Shown piece by piece: positions 1 through 17,644 of a DNA stretch of 64,000 nucleotides (positions are counted from its first letter, which is position 1; the number at the start of each line of letters is the position of its first letter). The position numbers were made by a program, and so were the translations under genes. The notes beneath the pieces were generated by a model. The model made no database searches. It had not been told where the DNA came from and saw nothing but the letters and a program-made list of their open reading frames with translations. Source of the DNA: the human T2T-CHM13v2.0 reference genome, Homo sapiens; NCBI RefSeq assembly GCF_009914755.1, contig NC_060926.1; one strand, 5' to 3'.

Positions 1-13
1 AATAAAATAAAAT

Positions 14-360
<347 letters not shown>

Positions 361-2339
361 TTACACTTGCTTCAGGAAAATTAACCAGGAAACAACAGAT
401 ACTTCATTAAACTCCTATTTGCAGGAGCCATAGTCACTGCAGCCCATACAGAAAAATCCCCCAAATTCATGATTACAATATCGCTTACTTTCATAAGTGT
501 TTGGGTTTTGAAATTTTATTATCATAAATGCTTTATGTGTTTACAAAAATCCAACCTGATTTGAACTAAACCTGTTTCCCACTGTATAACCCAAATAAGT
601 GCTGGGGTCCCATGTGGTACAATCTCAGTGTGAGTCCACATCAAAGACATATAATCCAGCCTTCAGAAGTAATTAAAAATAATTCCAATCTTTACTTGAA
701 TTTCTTTAAGGACTTTAATGGGGACCCAATTTATAACCCCCAGCCACATTTAAAATTCCCTTTCTTCCAATTCTCTTCGCTGTACTTAAAGCCTGTAACT
801 CCCTGAAACCGTTTTTCCTCCTCATTCTCAACTCTCCCAAAACAATAACGACTAAAAAAAATTCTTTACTGAATTTCTAATCAAGAAGCTTGGCTTTTTT
901 CCTCCCTCACTGTCTTTCCTTCCTCAGCTTATCTCCTCTCCAGAGACCTGTTCACAAATCTGTTTCTGTCCCCCTGTACTGATTACCTCTAACTGCAGAA
1001 ACCCCAGGGGGAAAGCAGAAAGAGACAGAAGATACTCATATGGTAATAAGTTTTGTTTCCAGACACCCCTAATAAGGCCGTGTTATGAAAATGGAAACAA
1101 AACCATTGCATTAAAAAACAATAAGCTAGATTGCAGAAGAAGAGGGAATGACTTGTGGACCAACATTCAAGAGGAGTCAGGGAGTGGGGTTGACGGCATA
1201 GATGTAGCTTTGACCCACCCAAAGAATGGACATATCTGAAATAGGTACAAAGGAATAATGAGAAGGTAAAAATGCATAAATAAACTAGATATAGATATAT
1301 TCTGGAACAAAAGAAAGCTCTTCTCTTGCCATCAGGGTAGAAGGATCCTAGAATTAAGCTTTGCTTGACACAGTGAGATTTCTGTGCTGACCAGCCAGGG
1401 TAGATTCCCGAGCCTCCTTCTCATCTCTGTAACATCATAAGGAGTAAGCTTGCCCCTCCTGGCTTGGAAGAGATGGACAGAGAAGACATTTACTTAATTT
1501 GTCTCAGAGGTTTCACACCCCAGCAGGAATGCTCTCCCACATTTTGGAAACAAATTTTGGAAATGGAATTCAGAGTCCCTGGAAGGACTATTGGGATGAG
1601 CAAGTCCAACCCTCCATGCTCTGTGCTTTCACGTAATCTGATGTATTCTTCACATCAAACCCAGGAGAAATGCATTCTTATTGTATTTTTTATAGAGGAG
1701 AAAACAAAGTTCCATAACTTGCCCAAGATAATGCCATTAGCAAATGGCAGGGCCAGGATTGAGAGGACTCTCTGGGCTCTCTGAAGTGGTCCAGGAAGCC
1801 TGAGCCTTAGCCAACAGCCCCGCAGACATAGCCTGCTCACATTGGCCTTGCTTTATTTCCAGGTTCTTCCAAGGACAGAAGCAGATCTGCCATGCTATCT
1901 CCTTTATTATCATCAGCACTTCCTTCCCACTGAATTACTTATCAGGATTTTACACGCTGTGGGCTGGATTTGCTCAGAAATGACTCTCAATTGGAGAGAA
2001 CTCTGCTATCGGGAGTTCTCCTGCTCCCAGGGAGCTGTGCCCCTTGAAGGAGGCATGTCCACCTGTCATTGGTTCCCTGGGTGCTTGTGGGCCTTCCCAG
2101 TCTAGAGAGAAATGAAGCAGTTTCCAGGTAAGGTCCCCGGTGGGTTTACCTGTGGCTACTTCCAAACTGGAGACAATTAAGAAAGAGATTGGAACCTAGA
2201 AGGAGTTGACAATTCAATCATTTCTTCCTTCATTAACTCAGTCCAGTTTGGATGAGGCACATTCAAGATGCCTCCAAGCAAGCTGAGAAAAATCAGTGGC
2301 AAAAATAACTATGTCTGTTCAAACAGGGAACTTGTAGAA

Positions 2340-2950
<611 letters not shown>

Positions 2951-3066
2951 GGGTGCACGGTGCAGGACGCAGGGCGCGCTCTAGAGTGAAGGAGTGACGA
3001 GCAAAGGGAAGGAATGGGCAAGCGTAGGCGAAGAGAGGAGGGCAGCGGGGGGTGCAAAGGTACTCA

Positions 3067-3216
<150 letters not shown>

Positions 3217-3229
3217 TCAGTGTAGCCTA

Positions 3230-3517
<288 letters not shown>

Positions 3518-3879
3518 CTACATGACGGACCCTGTTCTAGGTGTTAAGGACACAGCAGGATACAGGCCCTGCCCTATGGAACGCGCACTGTGCGTGCAGC
3601 AGTCTCACGCGCAAGTGAGTCTCTGGATTGTCCCCTGAGTGAGAGGGGACATGCCATTTCTCTCATCTGGGTCAAGACCGAACGTGCTTTCTCTGCTTGT
3701 TTATTTGTCTTTAAAACTGTTTTGGATTGAAAAACAAAATACTTATAGGTATCAGAATAAGAGGAAAGCCAAGACTCTTGGAAACGTTTGGATCCTAGGA
3801 CGGATTTCTTTTTGTGCCCCCCTGGGGTGGTCTGGTTGTACCTGGATGTAGGTGACATTGTCTAGAGCCTTGCTCACAA

Positions 3880-3990
3880 AGCAAGCAGCATCAGCAACCC
3901 CTGAGAGCTTGCCAGAAATGCAGAGCCTCAAGCCGCACCCAAGACCTGCTGAGTCAGCTCTGCTTCAGTCGAGTTTGAGAAGCACTGGCT
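3880..3990 (+). mobile_element. MER5A-like hAT fossil
   Basis: CAGCATCAGCA...GAGCTTGCCAGAAATGCAGA...CCCAAGACCTGCTGAGTCAG...AGTTTGAGAAGCACTG resembles the MER5A consensus with an internal deletion. Confidence 0.7.
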
Positions 3991-4128
3991 TGGTAAGTCC
4001 TTTGGTAAGACCAAGTTGGCCACAGCCTGCACTAGAGCCTGGGGCATAGCCTAGCTGGATGTCACTAGGAAGTTCCCACAGAGGGGTTGTGGTGAACTAA
4101 CTGCCTGCTGGAGGTGACTGGGGGATGA

Positions 4129-4456
<328 letters not shown>

Positions 4457-4636
4457 TGATGCCTTTAGGACAAGAACCTGATGGCCCCTCAGTCATATTG
4501 GACACAAGTTTACCATAGGCCCAGAGTTCATGGAGACAGAATAGACCTCCCAGGCCTTTCCTATCCAAGGAGGCTGAGAAGTTGGGACTCATAACAGAGA
4601 AATAGGCAGGAAGTTCTGAACTATCTGGGAAGATAG

Positions 4637-5351
<715 letters not shown>

Positions 5352-6327
5352 TGAGAGGTACAAAGATGAATCAACTCCCTTAGCAGTTGTCTTCTTTTCT
5401 AATGCATCATTGACAAAACTCAGAAATAGCCCCTGCGTGTTCAGGAGGTGGACAGAGTGGGGAAAGAGAGGAAAACCCATTATAAAGAAACAAAATGTGA
5501 CTTCATTGGGATTGTCTTTCAAAATGTGCCCTGTAATTTCCCAGTCGTGTGGTTCTTCTAACCAGAGCCATCCTGGCTTTACATTTTTTGGATCCAATCT
5601 GAACTCTGGCAGAAGCTGCAAATATCCTGCAGCCTGGGTCCCAGCCCCACCACTTCATCAAAACTGGCCTCCCCAGGGATATTAAAGCCACTTTATTGTT
5701 GCCAAATCCAGTGTATACTTCTCTGGGAGGGATCCCAAGACAGGACTACCCAACCAAGTCACTTCCAGAGTTCTGATCCATAGACATTCTGAGAGATCAT
5801 GAATGGTGTTGTTTTAAGCCACTAAATTTTGGGATACTTTTTTTTTTATAATAATGAATTTAGTTTTTTAAAAAAATGTGTCAAGTATTTGTTAACTCAT
5901 TAATGAGGGAACCAGCAAGATGACAAAGCTCATTCAAAAGAGGATATGAGAGGCTGGGCGTGGTGGCTCATGCCTGTAATCCCAGCACTTTGGGAGGCCA
6001 AGGCGGATGGATCATAAGGTTAATGCCCTAAAGGGCGATAAAACTATGACATTTGCAACTAAATAATCTGCAAAGAAGCATCTAACCCAGAGTCTACGCC
6101 CTCCTCAACAGCAAATAACAATTCAAATAAGTTGGAGTTCCCCTGGAGTTGGATGGCTCTGTGCAGGCTTGCTTTAGACTATACTCTAGTGAGACTTTGA
6201 ACGTATATGTCATCATCTTTTGCCTCGCTAATGAAGATTTGATAGATAATACTGCTTGAGATAAGACACCAATGAAATTGTCATTTTATGCAATACTATG
6301 GAGTAATTCATAAAATTATTTTACTCC

Positions 6328-6425
6328 TTTATTCAACAAATATTTATTAAGCACCCACTACGTGACCGACCCTGTTCTAGGTGATAAGGATACAGTAGAA
6401 TACAGTCCCTGCCCTTGTAGAACTT
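6328..6425 (-). mobile_element. L2 3'-end fragment
   Basis: ATTCAACAAATATTTATTAAGCACCCACTA...CTAGGTG...GATACAG...GTCCCTGCCCT. Confidence 0.7.
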
Positions 6426-6900
6426 GCAGCCCACTGTGGATTCATTTCAGTATAAAGTGTAGGCATTGTCCCAAAGCCGTAATTAGGCATCTCATCAGAA
6501 ATCAGCCCACTCCCCCACCCCAATCAAGAGCCCCTCCTGCTGTCCTGCTGTATGTGCATGAAACACAACATTGGCCTTTGGGGTGCACTTCTGAGCATTG
6601 GCCTTTGGGGTGCACTTCTGAGATGGGGGGTTCCATTTCTTGTTGTTCTTAGAAGTGGGACACACTTCTGAGAAGGGTGCTAAATGCCACCTTGTTTACT
6701 TCTTTATAAGGACTGCAACAGGTGAAAATTTGTTAAAGGAGAAGAGGCAGTTTTTTTTCTTTTTAAAGAAGCACACTGTATTTATCAAAAGGAAGCTGAG
6801 AATGACCCTGGATGTTACGGTACATGTGTATAGCTAGATGTTGGTTAAAAATGGAAATAAGAACTGACAAAGTCTTTGAAAAGTGTAACAGCTTTAGTCA

Positions 6901-7258
6901 GTGCTATAGTCTCAATGTTTATGTCTCCCTAAAATTCATATGTTGAAATCTTCACACCCAAGATTATGATATTACGAGGTGGGGCATGCAAGGAGGTGAT
7001 ATTGGGAGATGATTAGGTTATGGAGAGCTCTTACAATTCAGATGAATGCCTCAGAGACCCCTCCCCACTTCTGCCATGCAAGGTTAGGGTGAGAAAATGG
7101 CTGTCTAGGAGGAAGTCTCCCTCACCAGACACTGAATCTGTTGACCCCCTTGATCTCGGACTTCCCAGCCCCTAGAACTGTGAGAAAAAAATTTCTGCTT
7201 TTTATAAGCCACCCAGTCTATGGTATTTTGTTGTAGCAGCCTGAGTGGACTGAGACAG
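6901..7258 (+). mobile_element. MaLR LTR (MLT1-like)
   Basis: TG...AATTCATATGTTGAAATC...CCTTGATCTCGGACTTCCCAGCC...ATAAGCCACCCAGTCTATGGTATTTTG...GAGACA. Confidence 0.85.
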
Positions 7259-7275
7259 TCTGGGAATTCCTCTTC

Positions 7276-7659
<384 letters not shown>

Positions 7660-8164
7660 CTAAGGAGGCTGACCATGCCTACATTTGGTCATAGACTTCA
7701 ATGGAGTCCCCATCTCCATTGAAGAGAATAACACAAGTAGAGAGTGGCAGTGAATGTCAACAATTTGCAAGCAATAGCTCAATCAAGAGGCTTCTGTGGA
7801 GCCAATTTGTCAGAAGCTTTTAACCTTAAAATGTAGATGGTAATCCAGTGTAGCAGACACTGTGGTGTGCCACACAGAACCCCTCTTCAGGGCCAATGCA
7901 GCCATCCCCCAGCTGCTGAGAACGTCAGCTGCAGAAGATTCACCACAGGGACCCTCCCAGGGAATTGCCCTCGGCCACAAGGAGCTGTCTCACCAAAGGC
8001 TAGACTCTCTGGGGCAATGACTGGCTGATGCAGGGGCACAAACACCGACTGTAGGCTCAAATGCAGCTACCCTGGGAAAGAGGAGGAGAAGGATGATGTG
8101 GAGAACGGGCAGTGGATGACCTCAGTGCAATTTGTAATGTTTAATTCCTTAAAAAAGAAAAAGA

Positions 8165-8750
8165 GTCTGGGAAACATAGCAAGAACGCTGTCTCTACAAA
8201 AAAAGATAAAAATAAAAATAAATTAGCCGGACATGGTGGTGTGCACCTGTAGTCCCAGCTGAGGTGGGAGGATCACTTGAGCTCAGGAGGTTAAGGATGC
8301 AGTGAGCCAAGATCGCACCACTGCACTCCAGCCTAAGTGACAGAGTGAGACTCTGTCTCAAAAAAGAAAAAAAAAGAAAAGAAAAACGACCAGATAAGAT
8401 CTGATAAGGCCCGATGTTAATACATGAACTTTTAAATATTATTCTCCAGTCTTTTTTTTTTTTTTTTTGAGACAGGGTCTTGCTCTGTTGCCCAGGCTAG
8501 AGTGCAGTGGCACTATCTCAGCTCACTGAAGTCTTAATCTCCTGGGCTCAAGCAATCCTCCCACCTCAGCCTCCCAAGTAGCTGGGACCGCAGACATGCA
8601 CCACCATGCCTGGCTAACTTTTGTATGTTTTTGTAGAGATGGGGTCCCACTATGTTGCTTAGGTTGCTCTCGAACTCCTGGGCTCAAGCAATCCTCTCAC
8701 CTCAGCCTCTCAAGCTGCTGGGATTACAGTCATAAGCCACTGTGACCAGC
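8165..8750. mobile_element. Inverted pair of old Alus (partial AluJ + at ~8165-8387; AluJ - at ~8452-8750)
   Basis: AluJ-like consensus in opposite orientations. Confidence 0.85.
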
Positions 8751-9126
8751 CTATTCTCTATTCTTGATTGTATGTCCAAAATATACCATCATAAAAAAGC
8801 ACCACTGGAATCAAAGATAGGGGCTTAATGGGCATTTTTGTGCTTATTTAATCCTTTTCCTGTCTCTAGGCAGTGTACAGATAGGGGAAATTGTGTTTCC
8901 TGAGTACTTTTATATGCCATGGAACTGTGGGGGCTTTTTATATTTTGAAATATGAATTCACGTACATGTTAGGCAGAATTTTATACTCTTTCAAGGATCT
9001 TTCTAAAGATTTCACATTGGTAGCAGTTCCATTCACAGTCAGATATCAATAGAATTCATTCTAATATCAAACCTGTGGCTTTCTTGTTACAACTTAATCT
9101 GTTTCTTCAATGTGGAGTTTAACTCA

Positions 9127-9288
<162 letters not shown>

Positions 9289-9866
9289 TTAAAGGAAACC
9301 CCAGGAAGGCAAAGGCAGCTTGGGGCCCTGGAAGGGGCCACACCCAGGTCCCCAGCATTGATCCTACCTGTGCCCCACCCCAGTAGTCTCCGGACAGGCT
9401 CCTAACGTGTTTCAGTCTCTGCGCCCTCCTCTGTAGAACCTGGCAGATAGCGACTGAGGCTGTCTGCCACGTAGGGAGGGGGCCTGTGCTGGAGTTGCTC
9501 TGAATGTCCTGTCCGTTTGGCTGCGAGGTGGCTGTCCCTGCATTCTTTCACCAGGTTTCAAGACTCCTTGCATTCGCAGTACCCCCATTCCCATCCACAG
9601 AGGGCAGGCCGTAGACACTGGGTTGGCAGGGCACTGCTGCCACTTTGTTTATGCCCAGGCCCTTCCCTGGGCAGGGGGAGGGGCCATTCACTGTCGCTCC
9701 ATGTTTCCCAGCACAGCCCTTCTCCCTCTCCTCTCTCCACCCGATCCACTAAAGAGGGAGCCCGAAGTGCCCAGACTGGCACTTAAAGAGTGAAGAAAGG
9801 CAGCAGAGGGGTGAGCGCCGGGCCCCGCACTCCTGGGGGAGCAGCAGCAGCAAGGGCTCTGCCTTA

Positions 9867-10384
<518 letters not shown>

Positions 10385-10447
10385 ATGGCCGGGAAGGCGG
10401 CAGAGGAGAGAGGGCTGCCGAAAGGGGCCACTCCCCAGGATACCTCG
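10385..10447 (+). CDS. ABCG8: ABCG8 (sterolin-2) exon 1 CDS, 63 nt
   Basis: MAGKAAEERGLPKGATPQDTS, donor G|GTGAGT; codon 19 GAT (Asp) at 10439-10441. Confidence 0.98.
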
Positions 10448-10538
10448 GTGAGTGAGCAATGGGAAGTCGGCCCAGGCCTGGTGGGCGGGTAGGAGAAATC
10501 AAACCTTTCTCTCTTCCCTCAGGAGCCTTCTGTCCTAG

Positions 10539-11072
<534 letters not shown>

Positions 11073-13346
11073 TGAGACTCCATCATAGAAATGTGCTCAC
11101 ACATGCCAGGGACTCCACTGGTGTCTCCTCCATCCATGTGGCTGTCAGGTTGGTCTCAGTAATGAAGTGATGGGTGAGACAGGGTGACAGACGGCTTTTG
11201 TGGGAACATCAGCATGTGTGGCTCTAACAGGCAATCGTAAGTTCTGCGAGAAAGCTGGAAGGAGTAGAAGCAGCCAGGTGGCAGGAGGTGGAGGTATGTT
11301 TCCTTCCTCATTTTACCTGAGAAGTGTTTACTCAAGAAATAGCCTTTGACTGAATTCGGGATGTGGCAGGATTTGAAGCAGGAGGCTAAACTGGAAGACA
11401 AGCGAGAAGCAGATCCCCACTCCCACCACCTCACCCCATCCTACCTTTCCATCTTTGCCTGTTGTGGGTAGGAGGGAGGAGAGAAAGACAAGCATGATCG
11501 AGGATTCCACACCCAATGGGGAAAACAACCTGGACTGGCCTTGAGTTTCCAGGACTTGACTCGGCCAGACCCAAGGAGCCCACCATTTCTAGTCAGTTCT
11601 GCAACCACCACATCTGACCAGCTCTGCTCTCTGAATACCCTGTGGGGCCCACCACTTCGGGAAATGTTTAAAGCCTGAATAGAATAGAAAGTCAGCGGGA
11701 CTTTGGGAACACTTCCTGCCTGGGAGGGCTGACGATTCAGCCACCACAGCTTGAGAGGCAAAGAAATGCTAGGACCACACCAGAAATGCACGCAGGCCCT
11801 GCCATTTCTGCTTCCCTTCTGTCCGATCCTGTCACTCCAGGTGCTGAGTGACGGTCTGCCCGTAACACCTGTGGGTCTTGGAACAAGAGGATGAGGGTCA
11901 CATTTCCTATGTCTAGATATATAAAAGTCATCAGTCAAGCTATAAGAACAGTTAAATAAAATAGTTTCTATCCTCTTATCTTGACATATCTTCCTCACAA
12001 CCTGAAAGGCCATGTGTAAATTGAGAAATTCTAAGGCAACTTGGCTAGAATGCGCTGGTACGGGGGAGCCACTTCCAGCCCGAGCCACAACCTGTCCCCC
12101 TTTTCTGGCCCCCTCAGCTCCATCCCACTCCATGGGGCCCTCAACACCCTGGATGGTCACCCTCCTGCCTACCTGCATTGCAGCCCTGCCCTGCACAGAC
12201 ATATACTTCTCTGGCCTAAAAGTCCTCAGGAGGTTGGGCCTGGGAAGAGGTGTACAGACCCTGGGGATGGACTTGGGGCCATTTGCACAGAGAATATCTG
12301 GCATCTTGGGCACCTGGAGTGGCAAGTGCCCTTAACCCACAAACTCCTCATGCCATGGGCAGGAGCAGCAACAGAGAAGGACAAGAGAAACCCTGGCAGC
12401 AGGCAGAGCTGTGTGTGACCTAGGCTGAATGTTTCGATAAAATTTCTTCAGCCAGGAACAAGTCCTGCGTGTCCTCTTGCCAACCCTCCAGCCGTGAGTG
12501 TCAGCACATCACTCCCCCCGGGGCATAGGCTCCTCATCTCAGAACTAGAAACATGTGCTCTGTGAGTTTCCTTCTTGCCTAGGCATCTGACTCAGGAATT
12601 TGATCAGAAGTTAATACGAGGAGAAATTACAATGTAGCCCAGCATGAGCAGAGCTGGTTACCTACAAATAAACCTGCTTTTGCTTTTTTGGGTGTCACCT
12701 GTCAGAAATTCAAGTGATGTTCTGACAGTCGTACTGATTAAGATGTCAGCCGAATAGATACTTAAGTATTTGAAAAATACAGAGAGTTTGTCAAAACCTC
12801 AGGAAGAGTCTAACAAATCCTTCCTGGGAGCCAAGGAAAATATTTTAAAATGGAACAGAGGTCGTCCCCAACCCAGGCACGAATTTTCTTCCTCCGAAAG
12901 ATGAGCTGCCTGTGCAACTCCTGGAAGGCACAATCCCTCAATGGTGGTTGGAGTCAGGGCTGGCCCACACCTGCCTTCCCAGGCCACAGTGAAGGGGCTT
13001 GGGGTGAGCCTTGGAACAAGCAACCAGGCACCTCTCCCCTTCCTCTTACCCAGTTTCTGCTCTGCCTCCTCTGTCTGCCAGCTCCCTCCCCTTCTCAAAG
13101 CACCACACAGTGGAACCCAGTTGGGCTGCAGGTTACCTCCACACATTGCTCCAGACTCCAAATGTCTGACCTTCCTTCCTCAGCGCCTCCTCCATGCCTA
13201 AATCCGACCTGGGGATGTTTTGGCCAGCAGAAGTAATTTCTCAGCTCATTTACATTGTCTAATATCCCTCCTGCAGATATTTGTTTTAAAAACAACAACA
13301 GCAAGATGCATGTTAGCCCACATGAGTCTCTTAGAAATGGATAAGA

Positions 13347-13645
13347 TTTTTTTTTTTTTGACAGAGTCTCACGCTGTGGCCCAGGCTGGAGTGCAGAGGC
13401 ACGATCTCGGCTCCCTGCACCTCCACCTGCCGGTTCAAGTGATTCTCCTGCCTCAACCTCTTGAGTAGGGTAGCTGGGACTATAGGGGTGTGCCACCATG
13501 CCCGGCAATTTTTTTTTGTATTTTTAGTAGAGACAGGGTTTCACTGTTTTGGCCAAGCTGGTCTTGAACTCCTGGCCTCAGGTGATCTGCCCTCCTCAGC
13601 TTCCCAAAGTGCTGGGATTACAGGCATGAGCCACTGCGCACAGCT
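13347..13645 (-). mobile_element. Alu
   Basis: Antisense Alu consensus; GATTTTTT-like flanking repeat. Confidence 0.9.
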
Positions 13646-14738
13646 GGCAATGGCTAAGATTTTTTGATGATTCAACAACAACAACAAAAATGGGACAATG
13701 AAGCAATGTGCACAGTGACAGCGGAGAGGGCGAGTGAGGGGCAAGGCCGAAGGGCTGATCTGCCAGGAGTCCAGCATCTGTCCGAGCTGCTTTCAATCTC
13801 CTCAGGAGCTTGGGGCACAGACCTTCTTACCTCCTCTCCCTCAACCTCCCTCCTGCTTGGGGGCTTTGGCAACTGGGGTTGAGGTGGGAATGGAACTCTG
13901 GAGTTCTACTCACTGGCTTGCTCTCTCAATTTGACAACATATTGTGAAATATCGTACACAAATCAGCTTAAAGAACTCTCATGTACACACCACCAATTAC
14001 CAAAAGCTTTGAAGCTTGATCCCCGCACTCCTACTGTGTCCCCTTTCTCCTTTCATCTCTCCCCGCTCCCCAGAGATAACCCCTCTCCTGAATTAGGTGT
14101 TTATCTTTCCCATTTTTTTCTGTATAATTTTGGGTCTTTATGGTGATAATTCAAACATTAAGCAATGGAAGTCACTTTCGTCTGCTGTTTTTCATACTCT
14201 CCCAGAACTCTAAGGGTTCCCCACAGCACGCCTGCGGCATACTGTCACCGAATTTCTTTCCCTCCACCTCCACTGACCTGGAATGTTCTTTCCGAGAACT
14301 TCTGGCCCCCATCATTGCAGGGGTACTTTGACAAGAAGACTGCTGTATGTTATTTGTTATTTTCACGTAAGGCATAAGTCATGTTAGTTTCACCTACAGC
14401 ATGTGCGTGCATTGTGTACATAGTGAAAATAAACCCTGGTCAGATGCTTGAGGTCAGCCTCCCTCTCTGCCTGGTCTGTCTCGCTCCATCGTAATCACCT
14501 GTCTCATCTGCCAAAATCTAAGCTTTTCAACGGCCTTTTCATTGTCACATCCCAAATTCCAAGCCTGAAGGGTGTTCTGGGCTCCCCATAAGTGTTTGTT
14601 GGGTGCATGGTTGATTGAAGGAATGTATAGTGTGAGAATGGTAGCTTGAGGAGGAAAGTCTATGGGAACTTGTTAATGAAAGTGTACTTGTTCCTGCCTG
14701 ACAGAAATGTAAGAAAAATTGAATGCAGTAAAAAATGG

Positions 14739-14997
14739 AGGTCAGACGAGGTGGTTCACCCTTGTAATCACAGCACTTTGGGATGCTGAGGTGGGTGGAT
14801 CACTTGAGCCCAGGAGTTTGAGACCAACATGGTGAAACCCTGTCTCTACAAAAAATACAAAAATTAGCTGGGTGTGGTGGGGAGGCTGAGGTGGGAGGAT
14901 TGCTTGAGCCTGAGAGGTTGAGGATGCAGTGAGCTGTGATCATGTCACTGCACTCCATCCTGGGTGATAGAGCGAGACCCAATCCAAAGAAAAAGAA
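14739..14997 (+). mobile_element. AluJ with internal deletion
   Basis: GAGCCCAGGAGTTTGAG...; right-arm start missing. Confidence 0.85.
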
Positions 14998-15725
14998 ATG
15001 ATGGGGGACTTCCTGTTGCTTCTTTGTTTGGGCCTCAATGGTTTAAATGATTGAATTGTCAAAATAGGAGGAATTGAGATCTGCAGATGGTTAATACCAT
15101 TCAAAGGTATCAGCCGACACCATGAAACATTGATTTTTTAATGTACATTCAAATATACCACCACTTCGACAATAACAACAACATGATGATGATGATGAGA
15201 GGGACTTCCTCTCAAAGCTCCCAGCAGCATTTTCCATCACTTTGTTGCATGAACTCTTCATCAAAATCAGATATGAGGAGAAGTATGCCAGATGTTAGTG
15301 AGGACTAAGATGTTGGTTAGAATTTTTCTCAGGGTGGTATCTTCATGAATATTGGGCATTAACTCTCAACAGCTGCTTCCCTCTCACATGCTGCAAGTGT
15401 CATGTCTGTTTGGCCTCAGGAGATATTAAGCCAGCTGCAGGGAAGAGAAAGTTAAAGGCAAAGAGTTTGCCCACTCCAGTCAGGTCTTCTCAGAGCACAG
15501 AGGTTTTTTTATAGAACTCTCTCCGGTCCAGAGTCTGGGTCTCTTTACCAGAAGCTGCTTGGCTTCAGGCTCCACCAGCCTGAGGTTGAGGTTCTCTGGG
15601 AAGGTGCCCCGGGAGAAGCCCCAAACCTCTCTCTGAAGGGAAGAGGAGATGGGCCCTTGTCAGCACTCCTATTTTCCCAAAGCCCTGAGGTTCCACCTGT
15701 GCAATCCCATCTGTTGCCAATTTGA

Positions 15726-16010
<285 letters not shown>

Positions 16011-16204
16011 TAAAAGGGTGGGCCCAACTTGCAGGCCCTCTGCCCGCAAGGACAGAGTCCAGTCCACATTGATGCCTCACGTGTCAGGTGCAATAGGTGT
16101 CATCAATGGCATATATCAGAGCTGGAGGTTGAGAGGCTTGAAAAGAGAATAAAACTGTTGTATAAACATAAAACAAAATGCGTGAACCTATAGAAAAATG
16201 TCTC

Positions 16205-16413
16205 TGGGACTCTTTTTAAACTATATTTTGAAATAACTTTAGATTTTGGAAAAAATTGCAAAAATAACACAGTGTTTCCATATACCCATTGTCCAGCTTC
16301 CCCTAATGTTAACATCTTGCATACCCATAGTATAATTATGAACACTAAGAAATGAACAATGTACAATGCTATTAACTACAGACTTTATTCAGATTTCATT
16401 AGTTATATATATA

Positions 16414-16453
<40 letters not shown>
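16205..16453 (-). mobile_element. Old L1M 3'-end fragment followed by a (TA)n(TG)n(TA)n microsatellite (16403-16453)
   Basis: TTTTGAAATAACTTTAGATTT...AAAATTGCAAAAATA...CCATATACCC motif; dinucleotide runs. Confidence 0.6.
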
Positions 16454-16689
16454 ATTTTTTTTTTGTAAAATGTACTATCCCTGGAGCTTATAAAACATCC
16501 AGAGTGCAAAGACAATGACTGACCTTTCAGAGGCACCCAGGAACCCCCTGGTCAGATTCAAGGATCCATATTCCCACAGCTCCCCAGGGACCCAGATGGG
16601 ACATGGTGGGGTCTGGGATGGTGAACTTCAGAGGCCTGAGTCTGGCTTCCTGTGGGTGTGAGTTGGGACAAGCCAATGAGCCTTTCTCT

Positions 16690-16870
16690 GCTCTGCCACT
16701 TACCAGCTGTGTGACCTTGAGCAAGTTGCTTAACTGCCCTGAGCCTCATCTGTAAAACAAGGATTCTGAGCATATCTATGTTATAGATTTGCAGTGAGGA
16801 TTGAATAAGGTGATGGATGTTAAGTGATTAACACAATGTCTTGCACATAGTAAACATCTGATAAATTATT
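16690..16870 (+). mobile_element. MIR
   Basis: CTCTGCCACTTACCAGCTGTGTGACCTTGAGCAAGTTGCTTAAC...CTCATCTGTAAAA core. Confidence 0.85.
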
Positions 16871-16883
16871 AGTAAATTACTAG

Positions 16884-17288
<405 letters not shown>

Positions 17289-17487
17289 TAGAAACAGCAG
17301 CTACAGGTTCTCAGCATGGGTCCTGCTTCCGTGTTTGGTAGAACCTGGGTTGGGGCCTATTGTGTGTAGGTGAGGACATATCCTCTGTGGAGAGGGGCCA
17401 CCTGGGGAACGAAGATGCTGAACAGAAGTTGCTGAAGCCCTCTGAACCATTCAGCTCTCTAAGGAACCTTCTGATATCTCCCCACAG

Positions 17488-17644
17488 GTGGACCTGGCCT
17501 CTCAGGTCCCTTGGTTTGAGCAGCTGGCTCAGTTCAAGATGCCCTGGACATCTCCCAGCTGCCAGAATTCTTGTGAGCTGGGCATCCAGAACCTAAGCTT
17601 CAAAGTGAGAAGTGGGCAGATGCTGGCCATCATAGGGAGCTCAG
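17488..17644 (+). CDS. ABCG8: ABCG8 exon 3, 157 nt
   Basis: [20 protein letters not shown]...[10 protein letters not shown]; canonical splice sites. Confidence 0.98.

Noticed and set aside
11441-12325. 294-aa minus-strand ORF, the longest in the track
   Set aside because: Non-ATG start, no recognisable domain or splice structure, lies antisense in ABCG8 intron 1; most likely chance, though Ribo-seq could test it.
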